The notes: generated by a model from the letters alone, not told the origin. A stretch of 64,000 bases of DNA from Nymphaea colorata (GCF_008831285.2 NC_045138.2:40982001-41046000), one strand, 5' to 3'. Positions 14,078 to 28,637 are shown, counted from the stretch's first letter. Made by a program: numbers and translations.

Positions 14078-16073
14078 TGGATGAAAAAACAAAAAGAGGG
14101 GAAAAGATAGGGATGAACGTGTACATTGAAAAATAAAGCTGCAATAAATGGGAGGGTAAGAGTATTGACTTGACTGGCAGAGTGGTGTGGGGGATAACCA
14201 AAACCAGGTCGCGTCGGGGAAGGAGTTGGCGTCTTCTCATACATATTTTATAGAGCCACTCGAATGGTCCGGGTTGGACATTCCTACTACCACACCCGAT
14301 GAGACATGCGACCAAAATATATATATATATACATATAACGTAAAAACTGCTGCATTTGAGCAGCAGCTACTTATGCCAAAAATTTTTGTGATAGGGGCGA
14401 ATTAAAGTTTTTAAAATTTTTACTAATTAAAATATTATTTTTTAAAATGTTTATATAAAACAAAAAAAAATTCTAAAATTTACATGTATATATAATTATT
14501 GGTTTTTAATCTAATTTTACAATTTCCTGAGCCACCATCAAATGCTTTCAAAAGTTTGGCAGAAGCAATGAAAATACAAAACTTCGACGTCTATGTTAGG
14601 ATTTATAAGTAAAAAGTTATTAGTCTTAAACTTCTATATGCGTTGGTCAGCAACTCAAAAGTATGCTAAATTTCTCGATGAAAGCTGAAACTTACAGTTA
14701 GCATTTACTAACACCACTGCTTGTATGGTCAACTTGGTTTAAGGCTATTATCAGGTCGTCTCCACAGACATAATATTATTATAATTATGAACTTTCGTTT
14801 GATCTTTATGAACAATATCGACCTTGAGTAAATAAATATGGGAGGACAAGTTCACCTTAATATAAAAAACGTTACATTCAGGTTCTTAACTTCACCTCTT
14901 GAAATTCAATCAATGTCACCAGTTGTCTGCGTCGTTCAATCGAAAGTAAAAGCGACAAATTTTGACTATATTTGATATAGCAAGAACTTTGGAGGTATAA
15001 CTATATAAAAATGGGATGCTACCTGTTTCCGAGTGGAGAGCAAAACGCCCATCAGCTAACCATTACACATTTTCCCTCTGCTCTTGGGATCCAAAACCGC
15101 CACTTGCAATAAAAGGGAGTAACACTCATATGAATCGAACTGATGACCAACCATACACCACTCCGCTAATTAGACCAACTACTCAACTCCTGTCGGAGCA
15201 GCCCAATATCTAGATAGCAAGGAGGTTTGTCTTAGGATGCAAATGGGTTGGATATGTTTGATTACCAATTGGATTTGGAGGACATCTAATTGGATGAATA
15301 TGCAGTATAACTGCATTTGTATTCAAATTTGATATTTAACTTAGATTTAAAAGAGATGTGACCACACAAATATTGGATTTAATGCTAGTCGGGTTCAACT
15401 TTAGATATAGACTAGAGTTTGAATTGAATTTGAATACAAACTTGATTACAGCCCCACACCTCCGAACCCAGTCCAAGAAGTCTCGATCTCGTGCTCTCTG
15501 GGTTTGAATGAATCAAACAGAGTGAAGAACTGGAACACGCCTTCATTAAATGCTTGGATTTAATTTAGAATTGATCTTTTTAGCTTTTACATGTTAAAAT
15601 TGAGAAATTGGTCGTGGAAAATAGTTTTTTTTAAATTATTTTTTAATCAATTTTTGAAAACAATAGGACCGAAACCCATTGTTTTTGAATCATCTGGAGA
15701 GCATGCCAGATTATTCACTCGTTTTTACAAAACATAGTTTTGGCATTGAAATGAGCTTAATGAATTATTTTGACGTAAAATATATATATATTTTTTCATT
15801 GTTTAGCGTCATGCAGCCTGATGTATTAAAACTTATCAGTCTCGTTATGTGATGAATAAATAATATAAAAGCCGGCTTCGTACCATCAAATCGAGTGATT
15901 CATAATGTCTAAATCAACAGTAATCGATTCTGTACGCTGGAATTAGCTGACTTGTTTAACGAAAAAGCCTCAAAATGTCTTTCGTGTTGGTGTTTTAATT
16001 AAGTTATTAACAATTATTTTATAGAAATAGGACAGCAATTCTGAACTCTAGAATTGGACGGTCCGGACCTGCT

Positions 16074-17024
16074 ATGGGAACCAGGCGCCGGACGGTGAGG
16101 TCTCTGGTGGCGAAGCTGACGAGGGCCGCCACTCCTGACCGCGAGCAGGCGGAGGCTGTCGCGGAGCTTCGTCTCCTCTCGAAGGTCGACGGTGGCAGCG
16201 GCGGAGGTAACGCCGACGGAGACGACTACCGCCTCGCCATCGCCGAAGAGGGAGCGATCCCTTTCCTCGTCGGCGCCCTCCGGAGCGAAGACGCTACCCT
16301 TCAGGAGAACGCCATCACCACGCTCCTCAACCTCTCCACCCTCGCCCCTAATCGCGAGCTTATCATGTCTGCCCGCGGCCTCTCTGACGCCATCCTACAC
16401 GTTCTCCGCTTTGGCGCCACCTCCTCGGCCGTCCGCAACGCTGCTGCCACCGTCTACAGCCTCCTGATCGACGAACCCTTCCGCCCGATACTCGGCAGCA
16501 AGCCGGAAATTGTTTCCGCCGTCGTCGACCTCCTTCGCTCGCCAGACGCCGGCCCAATGACCACCAAGGACGCCCTCAGGGCTCTCTTCGTCATGGCCCT
16601 CTACCCTCTCAACCGCCCCAAATTGGTAGACTCCGGCGTTGTTCCCGCGCTCTTCTCCCTCCTAATTTCTTCGCCGATTGCCGGAATCGTTGACGACGCA
16701 ACCGCCGTGGCAGCGCAGGTGGCTGGGTGCACCGAAAGCCTCGACGCGTTCAGGGCGGTCTCTGGGATCAGGGTTCTGGTCGCCTTGCTGGAGAGCGGGT
16801 CCGGCAGGGCGAAGGAAAACGCTGCGTCTGCTCTACTCAACTTGGCCCGTTGCGGCGGAGATGAAGCTGTGCGGGAGATCCTAACCGTCGACTCCGTCGT
16901 TGCCGCAGCCACCGATCTCGTTGATGTTGGGAGCGAGAGGGCCAGGAGCAAGGCGAGCGCGTTACTCTCCATCTTGGGCGTCCAGGATATCCTTCATCCC
17001 CTCTCTGACGGGTCGAACTATTGA
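16074..17024 (+). CDS. Armadillo (ARM)-repeat protein, 316 aa, PUB-like ARM region without U-box, single exon
   Basis: GC-rich uninterrupted ORF with ARM motifs: AVAELRLLSK, EGAIPFLVGAL, QENAITTLLNLS, KDALRALF, KENAASALLNL, GSERARSKASALL. There is no N-terminal U-box sequence. Confidence 0.92.
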   Translation: MGTRRRTVRSLVAKLTRAATPDREQAEAVAELRLLSKVDGGSGGGNADGDDYRLAIAEEGAIPFLVGALRSEDATLQENAITTLLNLSTLAPNRELIMSARGLSDAILHVLRFGATSSAVRNAAATVYSLLIDEPFRPILGSKPEIVSAVVDLLRSPDAGPMTTKDALRALFVMALYPLNRPKLVDSGVVPALFSLLISSPIAGIVDDATAVAAQVAGCTESLDAFRAVSGIRVLVALLESGSGRAKENAASALLNLARCGGDEAVREILTVDSVVAAATDLVDVGSERARSKASALLSILGVQDILHPLSDGSNY

Positions 17025-20000
17025 TGATTCTTTGTTGGTATACTTAATTTGGACGAATTATGAATCTTCTTGTCCAGTTTTCGCGTCTTGTATATAATAT
17101 ATGTACACTCACTCAGGCTCACACATTTGATAATTGTTATTGTATAATTTTCTTTCTGAAGAAATGAAAACGATTTGGTTCATATAGTTTCCCTGAATTC
17201 TTGTAGATTTCTGCGTATACTTGTTCCTCTTATTTTTCCGAAATCCTTGGACGGTTAGTTCTAGTTCTTGACATTGGATTGAAATTAGTTCCTTTATTCG
17301 TTCTTTCAGCGAAATCCTTGTATTTATCATTCTAACTTTCCTAATTTCATGGCACATGATTATCGGAAGCTTTTTAAAGCGTCACAATATTCTGATCGTT
17401 GTTCTATGCGCTTCTTTCATGCTTCCGGATGTTTAGGTTGCTCTCTCTTTTCAGGAAATCAAACTTTCAATAACCATGTCTCCATTCCTAACCAATTACA
17501 TGTTTGCAAACTGTAGTGGTAGATGCTGAAGCTCCATTTCTTGGAATATTTTACTGCATACTTCTATGATGTGTCGTTAATTTTCATTTGACGAACGCCG
17601 AAGATGCAGTTGGGTAAAACAGAAGCTTATTCAGATGTGTTGATGTTTATAGCAATAGATTCAATTCCTGTTTTCATTTGCTTTCTCTGTGGCAACGTTT
17701 CATGCTGAAGTTTACTGAGGGATTTCTTAGTCGCTCCAAATTTTCTGTCCTTTCTCGCACCAACTTCATACTGTTGGATTTGATTGCTCCTAATGATAGT
17801 CTACCTCATTGAACGATTGTGCAGCTTCTTTTGTTCCTTTTTGATAAATAGAGAACAGGGTGCTCTCCTCTGTGAATTTTGCTCTTCGCAGCGACCAAAT
17901 CGTTCACTATCTTCCTAACTAAGCCCCTTCCCCATCATTTTGGCAGCCAGTCGCCACAGTAAGAAACATTGTTTACCCAAAGGCCTTATAAGGTTTGATA
18001 AGCCTATCATCAACAAAGAGACAGAAATGCATGAGCCGCAAGTCGGTTTGATAAGCCTGGTCTTGGTACCTCAGCATGACAGTCAGGATCTTAGCAGTAG
18101 CTGATGATGTTTGTAAGCATTGCTTGCTCCTGCCATCAACCTAATCACCTGTGAAATTTGCTGTACGAGGTTGTGGTTTGATCTTTCATGGTTCCCCTCG
18201 CTCTGTTTCATGCTTTCACTATCTTCTCTTCTGTGCTCTGTGCTGCTTGGCATGCAGAAAAATGCCACAATCAGGCAACTGAATGATTCCTATACTGTTT
18301 ATGACACTAAGAATCATCCCTACCCAGGTTGGTTTCTTTTGTAAGAAACGGAAAAAGCGATTCCTGATACTGAAAAAGTGATTGTGCTAAATGCTGTGTT
18401 CAGGAACGTGGGCGTCCTGTGCAGTGGGGCAGTAAATAGCAAACACGGAACGCTGCGTTTGCGTGGAAATTCCATACTCCAGATTATGCAGATTGAATTT
18501 CAATTTTCCACTAACATGGCAGAACTCAAAGAACAGATATCTTCCTTTGTGAAAGGGGGATGGATGCCCATTGTGCTGCATACAAACAAACACAAACAGC
18601 CTCAGTCTCTGGCCAGTAGCTCATTCCAAGAACTACAAGCAAACATCTGCTAAGTGTCACATGAGGCCCCTGCAAACATATGATCTATAAGTGTCACCTC
18701 CACACTTGATGAACGATAGGTTCCGAACCAGTTGGATCCGGGACAACTGATCACATTAAGAGTCTGGTTGGAATAAGATCTGATATGATAAAAAAAAAAC
18801 AAAAACGAACGGCCCTCAAACAGGATATTCTTTATTTGCAACTGAAGTGAACGGTTTGGTTTAAAACGGCCAACTTTTAGGTTTCACAGACACAGGTGCA
18901 CCGTGCACCTCCATGAAACTGCAGCGATGGCATCGCACGCACCATCCACCTAGCCAGTCGCTGGACTTAGTTGTGTTCAACTTAAAGGAGGTCAAGGGTT
19001 CGATACTCAAAGTGTGTTTTTATTGAACATAATGTGGTAATGTCCTAGCTTACAAACCGGGGGAAATCAGTATGAAACTTATAATTGCACAGCCTAAATC
19101 ATTCACCTTAATGTCCTCTCAAAGTTCTGGTCTATGTTAAACCAAACGGGACTGATTATCTCAAAGTCCTCCCCTGGTTTGTCCTCGGCTCAATCAGACG
19201 TGATGCCTGTGGCCAACAACAGAAGCATCAGCTAAAGGAACTGCAAAATGATCACAAGAATTCAAACTAAGGTTGAACAGGGGTTGAGCTCGAGCCACCT
19301 AAGTACATTTCTGGTCCTCTTAGTGTCGTTTGACATTAGAAATACTTTATGAGTGTTTCATGAATCTGCTTCAAATTTATGATAGATTCATATGATACTT
19401 GAACAAGTGTAACAAGCGTTTTATGAATTTACCCTAAATTTGGGGCAGATTCAAAGAACATCTACTTGCTGTTCCTAATGCCAAATGACCCCCTTTGGAA
19501 TCAAATTTGTTCCAACCAGAAATCTTAAAGACTTGAAATTCAGCCCATCGAAATAGCACTCCCATGGTAAAACAATTCGATGGATGATTTAGCATCCAAA
19601 GGGATCATTCTTGCCACTAGCAGACTGTAAAATATCCAAATGTGCATGCATGCGCGCGTGCGTGTGTGTGCATGCACGTCATCAAGTTGAATGGCACAAG
19701 CTCACGAAACTAATTGCACCATTATTGTACATGTGTACATTCAAGCTACCTTACATCCAAATTGAGCCAATTTAGATGTCAACAAGAAAAGCAAGACCAA
19801 TGGCATCAACCTATTCTAGAGCTTTTCATATCCAAGTTGCATGTCTTCACAATTCAGAATAAGGCTTCTTTCGACGAATGTGATGTTGGTACCCCAACTT
19901 CTTAGTTCCTTAAAATTTGGCATTGCTCGAAGAGTAAAAAAGTTCAATAGATGTCCTTAAAAAAGGCTACATCTGGTAGTTGAAACTCAAATCAAACTGG

Positions 20001-21231
20001 AACAACAGAAAGGGAGTAACATTTCATGCATAAGAATGCATTGGAAATGGTTTTGTACATTTAAATATATGAAAAATGGCATCCCGTGCAAGCGCGCACA
20101 CACATACCATCTTGGTTGTGTACTTCCTACTTAGTAAACCATATATGAGACTACAGTACCCACCAAAACAGTATCTATGATCATTATAATGGTTTCCGGA
20201 TGAACAAGTAGCCATTCGGGGAATGGCCTAATGGGTTCCTCTTCCCCTTGTTTCTAGGGTCTGAATCTAAGTCAAAGATTGAACAATGCGCGGTCAACTT
20301 GGGTAACACCTATAGGAATCGAACTGAGAATGTACTTTCCAAACATACCTAGTCCCATCAACAACATTATGTTCCTTGAAAAGGTTTCAAAAGCTTCTTT
20401 GTTTGAAAATATCATGGAAGTGAAGTCACCGTAAGATCAAAAAGGTGCAGTCGACGACTTTGTACACCTAAACTTTCTACATTACAAGGTTCGTTTGGTG
20501 GCGGGAGTTCACCTTCAATTTGGAAAATGTTTAGAATTAAAGTCCAACGCCCAAAAACAGGAGTTCTTTAACGGAAATAGCTTGCTACTTCATATGAGAA
20601 AGTTTCGTTCAAAATAATCAAAACTAAATTTATATTTAAGGAACGCATATAAATGAGCCCTACCCAAACTTAATATTCTCGCTTTTCATTCATAACTTTT
20701 TTTGAAAAATTCCATTTTTGTAATTGTAAAAAAGAAACCATTTTTGCACATCTTTTGATAACGGCCATACGTAGCTTGACTAAAATTTATAATATAATAT
20801 AATTTAGTACTAGAAGAAAATTGCTGCTAAATCCTTTTTGCTTCTCAAGGATGCGAGCATTTCAGTTCAACCCCTTATCTGGGAGTGTTCATGAAAATTG
20901 AGGGCATTCTAAATTTATAAGGAAAAAAAACCTCAAAATGAAAATTTCCTTTTTTTCTTTAGGAATCCGCATGCTACCAAGTGGCCCGAATCCATTGCAT
21001 TTAAGAAATCGCATGTGCAGCTTGAAATGGAAGTGGCAACTTTTCATCTTCCAGCAGAACTCTGTACAGGTGAATTTATTGCATCATCACGCACATTATT
21101 TGATTTAATTGCTCTCATAAACTAAGTAGTTATTGAAACCTAAACACATATTATATTCCTCATCAACCAAATTAATCTTTTCCTTTTTCTCTTCCATGCC
21201 TATGACGACTAGATGGTAAGTGCAACCAACA

Positions 21232-24099
21232 TCAAGGGAAAGTGGATGGAGTAGGCCTTGTTGTTAAGGAAGGCCTCATTTTCACAATTTGGTGATCACC
21301 AACCCCCATCTTCCTCGCTGTTAAACTTGCATCTAGGAATCGCTTCACAGCATCTTCTGCGTACTGCTTCCCTTGCCTCACCGTCATCTTCTCCCCTATC
21401 TTGTCCGGGAACCCGACCAGCTCGTGGTCGCCGACCAGGACGGCGGCCAGCTGAATGAGCTCATCCTGAAACTGGCTCAAGTTCGCTTCCTCATTTGCAT
21501 CAGTCATCCTCATTCTCTTTGGAGTAGGAAGTTGCTCTGTGTACCAAGATAAGAAGCTCAGGGGTTCAGTGAGATGATATGTTTTAGATTCCCAAACTTA
21601 AGTTATGGAAGACAAGTTTTCAGCAGTAAAACTTATCTCTATTCTGAAAGTGAAAGTTGGGCCTCTTAGATACAAACCAAACTTTTGTGGTGTTCCAAAA
21701 CTAGCAGCAAATAGATACAACGACAAGTTGAAGCATGATGGGGATCACTAATTGCAGGTTTCATGAGGTTAAATTGGAGTTTAATTAGCAGGATTACTGC
21801 TAATACTGACCTGGGCAATCAGTTCTTGGAGTTGTTCTTGCCTGCAGGATCTTCTCGAAGGTTCCAGCCCAGGCGGCCCTCTTCGTAAGATAATTAGAGT
21901 TCAGATTGAAGAGCTTCTTCACAGTGGCCGAAACCGATGAATGCTCAAATTCTGAAGATGGGAACGGCCCGTCCGGTCTATGCACAACTTCATTTCCAAA
22001 AACACAACAAGTGTTAGCTCAAACTGTATTAATCTATAACAAGGCAGTCGAATTAGCAACATTAGATCAGTCCCAAGAAGTTCCAATCTTTGTAAACGAT
22101 TTGTTCGGTGAATCAGCTTTTCAATGGATGAAACCAAATGCACGTCAAGGGTTTTCTAGTGATTTAAAGATCAACGGCCGAAAAATTCATAAAAGATATA
22201 TGCTTAAAAAAATATACGTTGTCATGTTACTTAAGTTGGTAGAGGTGCTAATCATGTTAGATTTATAATCACAAAGCACGCACTAAATTACCTGCTTTCA
22301 AAATGTGAGATCTCAGTATCACAAAAGATACAAAGCCTCAAATAATGCAAACATCAAAACTGTTTGACAAAACAACACTAGGAAACAAAACTACAGACAG
22401 AAATTAGACAAGAAACATCATTTTCTTTGTATGTTTTCAAATGGTCGCCTAGCATCTCCTCACATACGTGTGTGAGTGTGAGATGAATGGTTAATTAAAA
22501 AAAATATTTCTTTCTTTTTTTTTATTATTGGTCCTCATTTCACACAGTTGACAACTTGACCTCATTTATAGTTCTCTCGTTTATTCATAATTTCGTATTC
22601 ACCGTCCACGCCATCGGCCTCCCTTACCAACCCCGATAATAATACTAATAATAATAATAATAAATGGACAAAAATGAACAGCGCAACATTTTCAGGTAAG
22701 CCGAAAACAGTGGGGACTGAGCGTGACGAAAGTTTCAACGAGAGAGTCTACGTTCTCCCGAAATTCTCATCTTACACCGTCCTGTATCGACTCGGCACCG
22801 GAAAAAAAAATCTCCGACGTCTCCGATCGACCAAAGTTAAAATTCAGTTGCCCAGTGATATTAATATCGGACAACGATCAGTCGATATCCTAAAAAAATG
22901 ATAGTAAAACCCCATCTAGGAATCGGGCTCTGAAGAAGAAAAGTAGAAAAGAGAATGGAGGAAGGCGTACCGGTTGCTTTCTCGATCCAAGGGGAGATGG
23001 CGATGGTGGGGACTCGGACCCCAAGGCGGTCGAACTTGAAGAAGAAGGGTTCGGGACCGACGATGCCGTCGGGGCTGGGTACGTCGCGTACCGGGGTGGG
23101 TACGTGGTCGTAGAAGCCGCCGTGCTCGTCGTAGGTGATGAGGAGCAGCGTCTCGTTCCACTGCGGGCTGGACCGGAGCGCCTCGTACACCTCCTTCACC
23201 AGCAACTGCCCCTGGTACACGTCGTGCGACGGGTGGTCGTCGTTCGCCGGAAGAGCCTTCGAGTCCATGTACCGCTGCTCCACCACCACGTAATTGGGCA
23301 GCCGCCCCGCCCTCGCGTCCGCCTTGAACCGCAGGTCGTACGGCCGGAACTTGGTCGCGAACCTCAGCTTCCTCAGGCTCTTGTAGAACATTGTCGCTGG
23401 AATGTTCTGGTAGTATATCCCGAACGACAGCCCCTCCTCGTCCAGGCAGTCGAAGATGGTCCGCTGCGGGTACCCCTCGATCAGCAGCGCCGGAATGTTG
23501 CTCGTCGCTCCGTGCGACGTCGCCGAGTGCACGTACAGCCGGTTCGGCTGCGTCGACGCCGGGACGGAGGCGAACCACCGGTCGAACACGGCGAACTCAG
23601 AAACGAGCGCCTGGTAGACGGGCACCGACTCGGGCTCGAAGCCGTTCATCACCTCTGTCGGCATCGCGGTGGAGTTGGTCATGGAATAGGCCTGCTGGAC
23701 GAAGCCGTTCATGGGTGCCGGGAAGGCGGATACATCCTCAGAACCAAAAATCTGCTCGCGTATTGCCTGGAACGAGTGGCCCGGGTCGGCGTCGACGTAC
23801 TGGGACGTGTTGTTGAAGAAGAAGCGAGGGGAGCTCGGGTCCGTGGCCTTCAGGCGGTTCGACTCAGCGCCGGTGACGCCGTCGATCTCCGGGTTGATGC
23901 GCTTCATCCAACCCAACATGTGGTCGAAGGACCGGTTCTCCATCACCAGCACGACCACCGTCTTTATCGGCCCCGGGATCGATCCGGTGCGACAAGGGAC
24001 CGGGTGGAGGACCGCCAGGGCGATGAGCAGCAGCAGAGTCGCCGGATTCCGGCGAATGGTAGTCATTTTCCGGCGGCCCGTCGTGGTGATCATTGCCAT
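21232..24099 (-). CDS. NPC2: Non-specific phospholipase C (phosphoesterase family), NPC2-like, 536 aa
   Basis: Exons 24099-22971, 21987-21811 and 21536-21232 total 1611 nt with consistent phases. Motifs: [61 protein letters not shown]. Hydrophobic signal-peptide-like segment [10 protein letters not shown]. The NPC2 subtype call rests on recalled similarity. Confidence 0.93.
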
Positions 24100-25372
24100 A
24101 TCTGCCTTCCCTCTCAGAGTGAGTGTGATTGAAGAGCGACCGCAACATCGGATCTGATAGGGAGGATTTATTAGAATGCGATCGAAACGTGCCGCCTTCC
24201 AATTCGCCGTAGATTTTGTTTACGATACGCCCCGATTATCGTTCCAATTTCAGTAAGAGGCAAACAAATAAAGTCTCTGTAAAACTAAATTTTTATTCGG
24301 AGATGCGTCGCCGCCGAGTCATCGAACTTTTATTGCTATTTATTGGCCAGACGTGTCAGACGAAATCCATTTTCTTCTCCTACGGGCGGAGGTTTTAATA
24401 TATGATCTACTTTTCAGTTATTCAAAAAATTAAGATATATGTCTGATTAAAATACTTTTTCAAATGAAAGATAGAGAGAGAAGGAAACAAACGAGTTTCC
24501 TTAAGGGGCATTTGATTATGTCTGATTTAGCTTGACCTTAGGTTTTTTATGGTATAGGATTTAAATCCATGATTAAATGCCCTGATTCTAGCTTGAAAGA
24601 ATGAGGATCCCAAGTATCAAGTCCACAATGTTTTTGTTCTCGCAACTAAACTGTTAGATTTACAAGTTTAAAAAAAGTCATGAGCCTAATATTAGCTCAA
24701 CGTCCAAAACGTGAGAAACATTTCATCCTACCAGACAGAATGAGAGTCCAAACACCTCTTCACCTTGCTTCGAAGTCCTCAATGTACAATAACTAATATG
24801 GTCCGGGACTATACTCAGTGCTAGCCCAGCCAGCTACGCCGCACCCCACAAAAACCCCTCAAAATAGCAACTTTTGAAACAAATAATTTACAAATTTTTT
24901 AAAAATAAGCATGGTTTTAGTTATATAACCAAGAGTTGCGTGTGCTTTCTGTAACATCTTGAATTTGAATTATTTATTCCTACTTTGCTGGTCCCTCTCT
25001 GTGTGCCCACAACTGATAAAAAGATTGTTGTCCACTGTGTTGCCTTTACACTGTCAATGCCTTTATTTTCATCCCCATTTCCTAAAAATTCGACGTATAT
25101 ATATAAAGTTTTTCTCACATGACAGCAGATCATGCATTGCCCATGTCAAGACGAGCATGTGATCTTCAGCTCCCGCCTGACAGACCAAAAATTATTCAGT
25201 AGCATTCACACTTACGATAATATTACCTTTCTTTTCAATTTCCGGAATTTACAAAACAATTTCAGATATTTTAAGAATTCGCCCTGTATAGTTAAATGAA
25301 GGTGTAAGGTGGGCGAGATCGTTTTAGATTATGAAATTAATGGCTTCGGATTTAGCTTCGATGTGTTCTTTA

Positions 25373-25599
25373 TGGTGTGTTTAATAGCCTGGGATATGAG
25401 ATTCAATGCGGATTTAATATTCCTTTTATGCTAGATCCACAACATATTTTTACTGAGCAATAAAATCCTTAATTTAGGACACGAAAACATCATCAGATTT
25501 GATGTCAGATGGAAGAGGTCCGACCTTAAATCATGGATTTGAGATTTCCAGTAATCTCAAATCATCTCGGATCTCAAATCCAAGCTACCAAATGCTCCG
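25373..25599. mobile_element. Tourist-like (PIF/Harbinger) MITE
   Basis: ~30-bp imperfect TIRs TGGTGTGTTTAATAGCCTGGGATATGAGAT...ATCTCAAATCCAAGCTACCAAATGCTCCG flanked by TTA on both sides. Confidence 0.7.
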
Positions 25600-26237
25600 T
25601 TAAAACGTATTTGAACATGGGCCTTAAGGGGTTTCGCATAACTAGTAGGATTAGCTGGTCATTCGCCAATGTCAATTCTTTGTACAAGCCAACACAACCA
25701 TATATTTTAAAGCAAACAAAAAAAGAAAAGAAGAGTGTTGATAATGAAGTCTTCTTTTAGTTACTTGGGATTAAAAAGAAAGACACATACACAAAAGATT
25801 TTACAGTGATTTAGAAAGGGCCAAGGCCAAGAGTCATCCTCAGAGACACTAAACTTCCATTATGCCAAATAAAACAAAAAACAAAAGATGCTGAGTCACT
25901 TTAAGATAAGGGTCTAACCGAACGCCAAGTAATGGAAAATGATAATAATGCTTCTAACTACAAACACACGAAACTTATTAAATTAAGATCAAGTGCTACA
26001 CTAGCCTAGGCTTTTTCTCAAAAACCATGGAAGCTTCTAGGTTTTGGGGCGGTGGATCGAGCTTCTGTTATGATAACTGGCAATTGAGGTTTGAATGTTG
26101 TAGAAATATTTGTCTTATAACCTCAAGAAATTTTGCGTTTTTTTCTTGGAGGGTGTGTGATTTATGAGACATTATTCACCTCGGGAAGTCAGGCTTGTCA
26201 TCAGTTTCAATAGATTCAATGGCCCCTTAAATAATAA

Positions 26238-26506
26238 GGGTGTGTTTGACAGCAGCAGCGGCTGATTTAGGATTTTTTATTATACAGGACCCACAGTGTA
26301 AATAAAAACACAGGACGATGCCATTACCGGAAGAAGAGGATTTAAGATCCTCATTTTGTAGCTAAATAAAACCTCATATTTGACTATTTGAGGTCGGATA
26401 AGAACAGGGTCTGACATAAAATACATAGATAAGATGTTCCTAATGATATCAAATCACCTGATATCTGTCAAATGCCAAATCTCTTTTACCAGTATCAAAC
26501 GCTCTC
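26238..26506. mobile_element. Tourist-like MITE
   Basis: TAA|GGGTGTGTTTGACA...TATCAAACGCTCT termini. Confidence 0.5.
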
Positions 26507-28629
26507 GGTCTCTGCGTTGGTACTCGACACTTTTTTAGTAATAGTTTTAAGTGAAACGAAATCCAGCCCCAATACGCGGCAGAAGTAAAGACACTAGAAC
26601 CTTCCAGCAGAAAAATCCGGTCTAGGATTGGCGTCTATTGCCTTTTTTTTCAAAAGAGCACAGTAGACCCAATTGCCCATCAAAATTTCATTTTTAAAAT
26701 CAATATATATATATATCCCCTTTCCTAAAATAGTATAGCTAGTGTGCGACCCGAGTAATAAGATTTTATGTTACATTCAAAATCGTAGTTGTTTTTGCTC
26801 CTTGTTTTTAAAAACTGAAATTGGTCCTAACTAGCACGGGATACTACACTTAGAATGTTCAGATTGGGTAGTCATTGGATCTCAAGTTGAGTATCAAACT
26901 AGGATTTGATTCAGTTATGAAACCATACAACGAGTCTGAGTCTGATTAATAATTGGGTACAGATATCCTAATCAGATCAAAAGTAAATGAATTTGAAATA
27001 GAATTGATAGACTAGCATATATATTGGGAATGGCTGAATGATAACTCTGGCAATCAAGAGTCACCCAGCTCACTCATTAGAACCATTCGATCCGAGAGAG
27101 AAACAAGAAGAAAAAAGTGTGAACAGTACTAGTGAAGAAAATGCCTATCCCATTTTTCATTGTTTATTTCTCAACCATCTATCACGATGGACCGGAGGAC
27201 CTTATGAGTAAGCTGGGTGATTCTGGAATCTGAATAGTCGAAGTCACCATTCAGTTTTCTGGTTCAGTTTCATTCCAGAGTGAAATGATGTTATTTTTGT
27301 CAATTGGTGCAACTAGTAATATGCATCTTCAGTAACACTAAACAGGTTTTCTTTACTTTTCATACACGGTAAAACGTTAATGGCAAAACCCATAAGAGAA
27401 AAAACCCTTGTGAGGACATCATGGAAAAGCTTAGGCTGTAAAATGTCATTGGGTCTTGATCCAAGGTCTTTATTTTAACACCTTTGCTTTCAATATGTGC
27501 ATGGTGTGGGTAAGTATCAATTATATAACACAAACTAATTGACACATTTAACTCTCATAAACCAGATATATTTTCGACTTATTTCCCGATGAATGTTGTC
27601 CTTGTGAATGGTAGGAAAACAAAGTCTTTTGATAATATTGTTAGGAAAATGTATAAGTCTTAGTACCGTTCATTAAAAAAAGCCTTTGATTAATGTAACT
27701 CTAGCTTATCACTACCATGGGATAAAAGAGAGTAAAATACCCTTAATATAAACACATTTTATGTTGCTTAGTTTACATCAGCTTCTATCCACGTTACCAA
27801 ATCGTATTATTAACTCATGTTTAACTAATATATATATTTGAACTTTTTATATGCTTTAATAATCAAACTGGTTAAGACTGAGCGACAAAATGACTTTTCA
27901 ATCAATATCAAAATTACTTAGGTGAAGATACAACAAACTCTATTTCCTTTTTCCCGTAGAAACAAATGAAAGAGAAGGCAACCTTCGCCCCTACATAAGT
28001 TTTGAAAATGTACCTTCTTCTAGTATTTGCTTTGAACGAAGAAACAATAAAATCTAATATAATTTGTCATAAGAGCAAATAAAAATGGTGAGATTTCCTT
28101 ATTCTTCTGCATAAATCAAGTGGGTATCACATAAAATAATGAATACGACTTTTAAAGTTAATTATAAATCAAAACTAAGCTTTTGACAAGGGCTAAATAT
28201 CAGTGCTTACAAGGAGAGACCTGGTTGACTATTTAAGCCTAGGGTTTTAAAGACACGAGTCTCTCGTTGTTCGAGTACAAGGGCAAAACAAACAAAAACT
28301 TATATATATATATATATTCTGACACATGGTAGAATATGCTTGAAGAAGAACAAGAACATTGTTAAGCAAGAAAAATCTTCAAGAGGTCAAAGCTCCTCTC
28401 GCATTTCCTCAGTTCCTTGTGTCGAAAGTTTTTTCGGGATCAATGTGGAGAGGAAGACATCAACTAAGCGACTAAGTAATCAAATTCCAGGCGTTGGCAT
28501 CGAAGACTGGTATAAAGGTTGCTTGTAATGGCTGCAAATCCTTCAATATTCCCTTATTCTCCATGTCTAGCTTCTTGTAGCACCCTTCCCCCACTTCATG
28601 CAATAAAGGAATCAACAGCCAACACCGTG

Positions 28630-28637
28630 TATATAAA
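28630..28637 (+). promoter_or_regulatory. TATA box of start module A
   Basis: TATATAAA ~45 nt upstream of ATG 28679; position conserved in copy B. Confidence 0.55.

Noticed and set aside
16192..16972. Several alternative-frame ORFs within the ARM gene
   Set aside because: GC-rich CDS artefacts.
17038..17454. Possible 3'-UTR intron of the ARM gene
   Set aside because: The acceptor looks good but the donor is weak; unsupported without transcripts.
23104..24132. 342-aa + strand ORF and other long ORFs overlapping NPC exon 1
   Set aside because: Shadow ORFs from the high GC3 of the real minus-strand exon; no recognisable domain.
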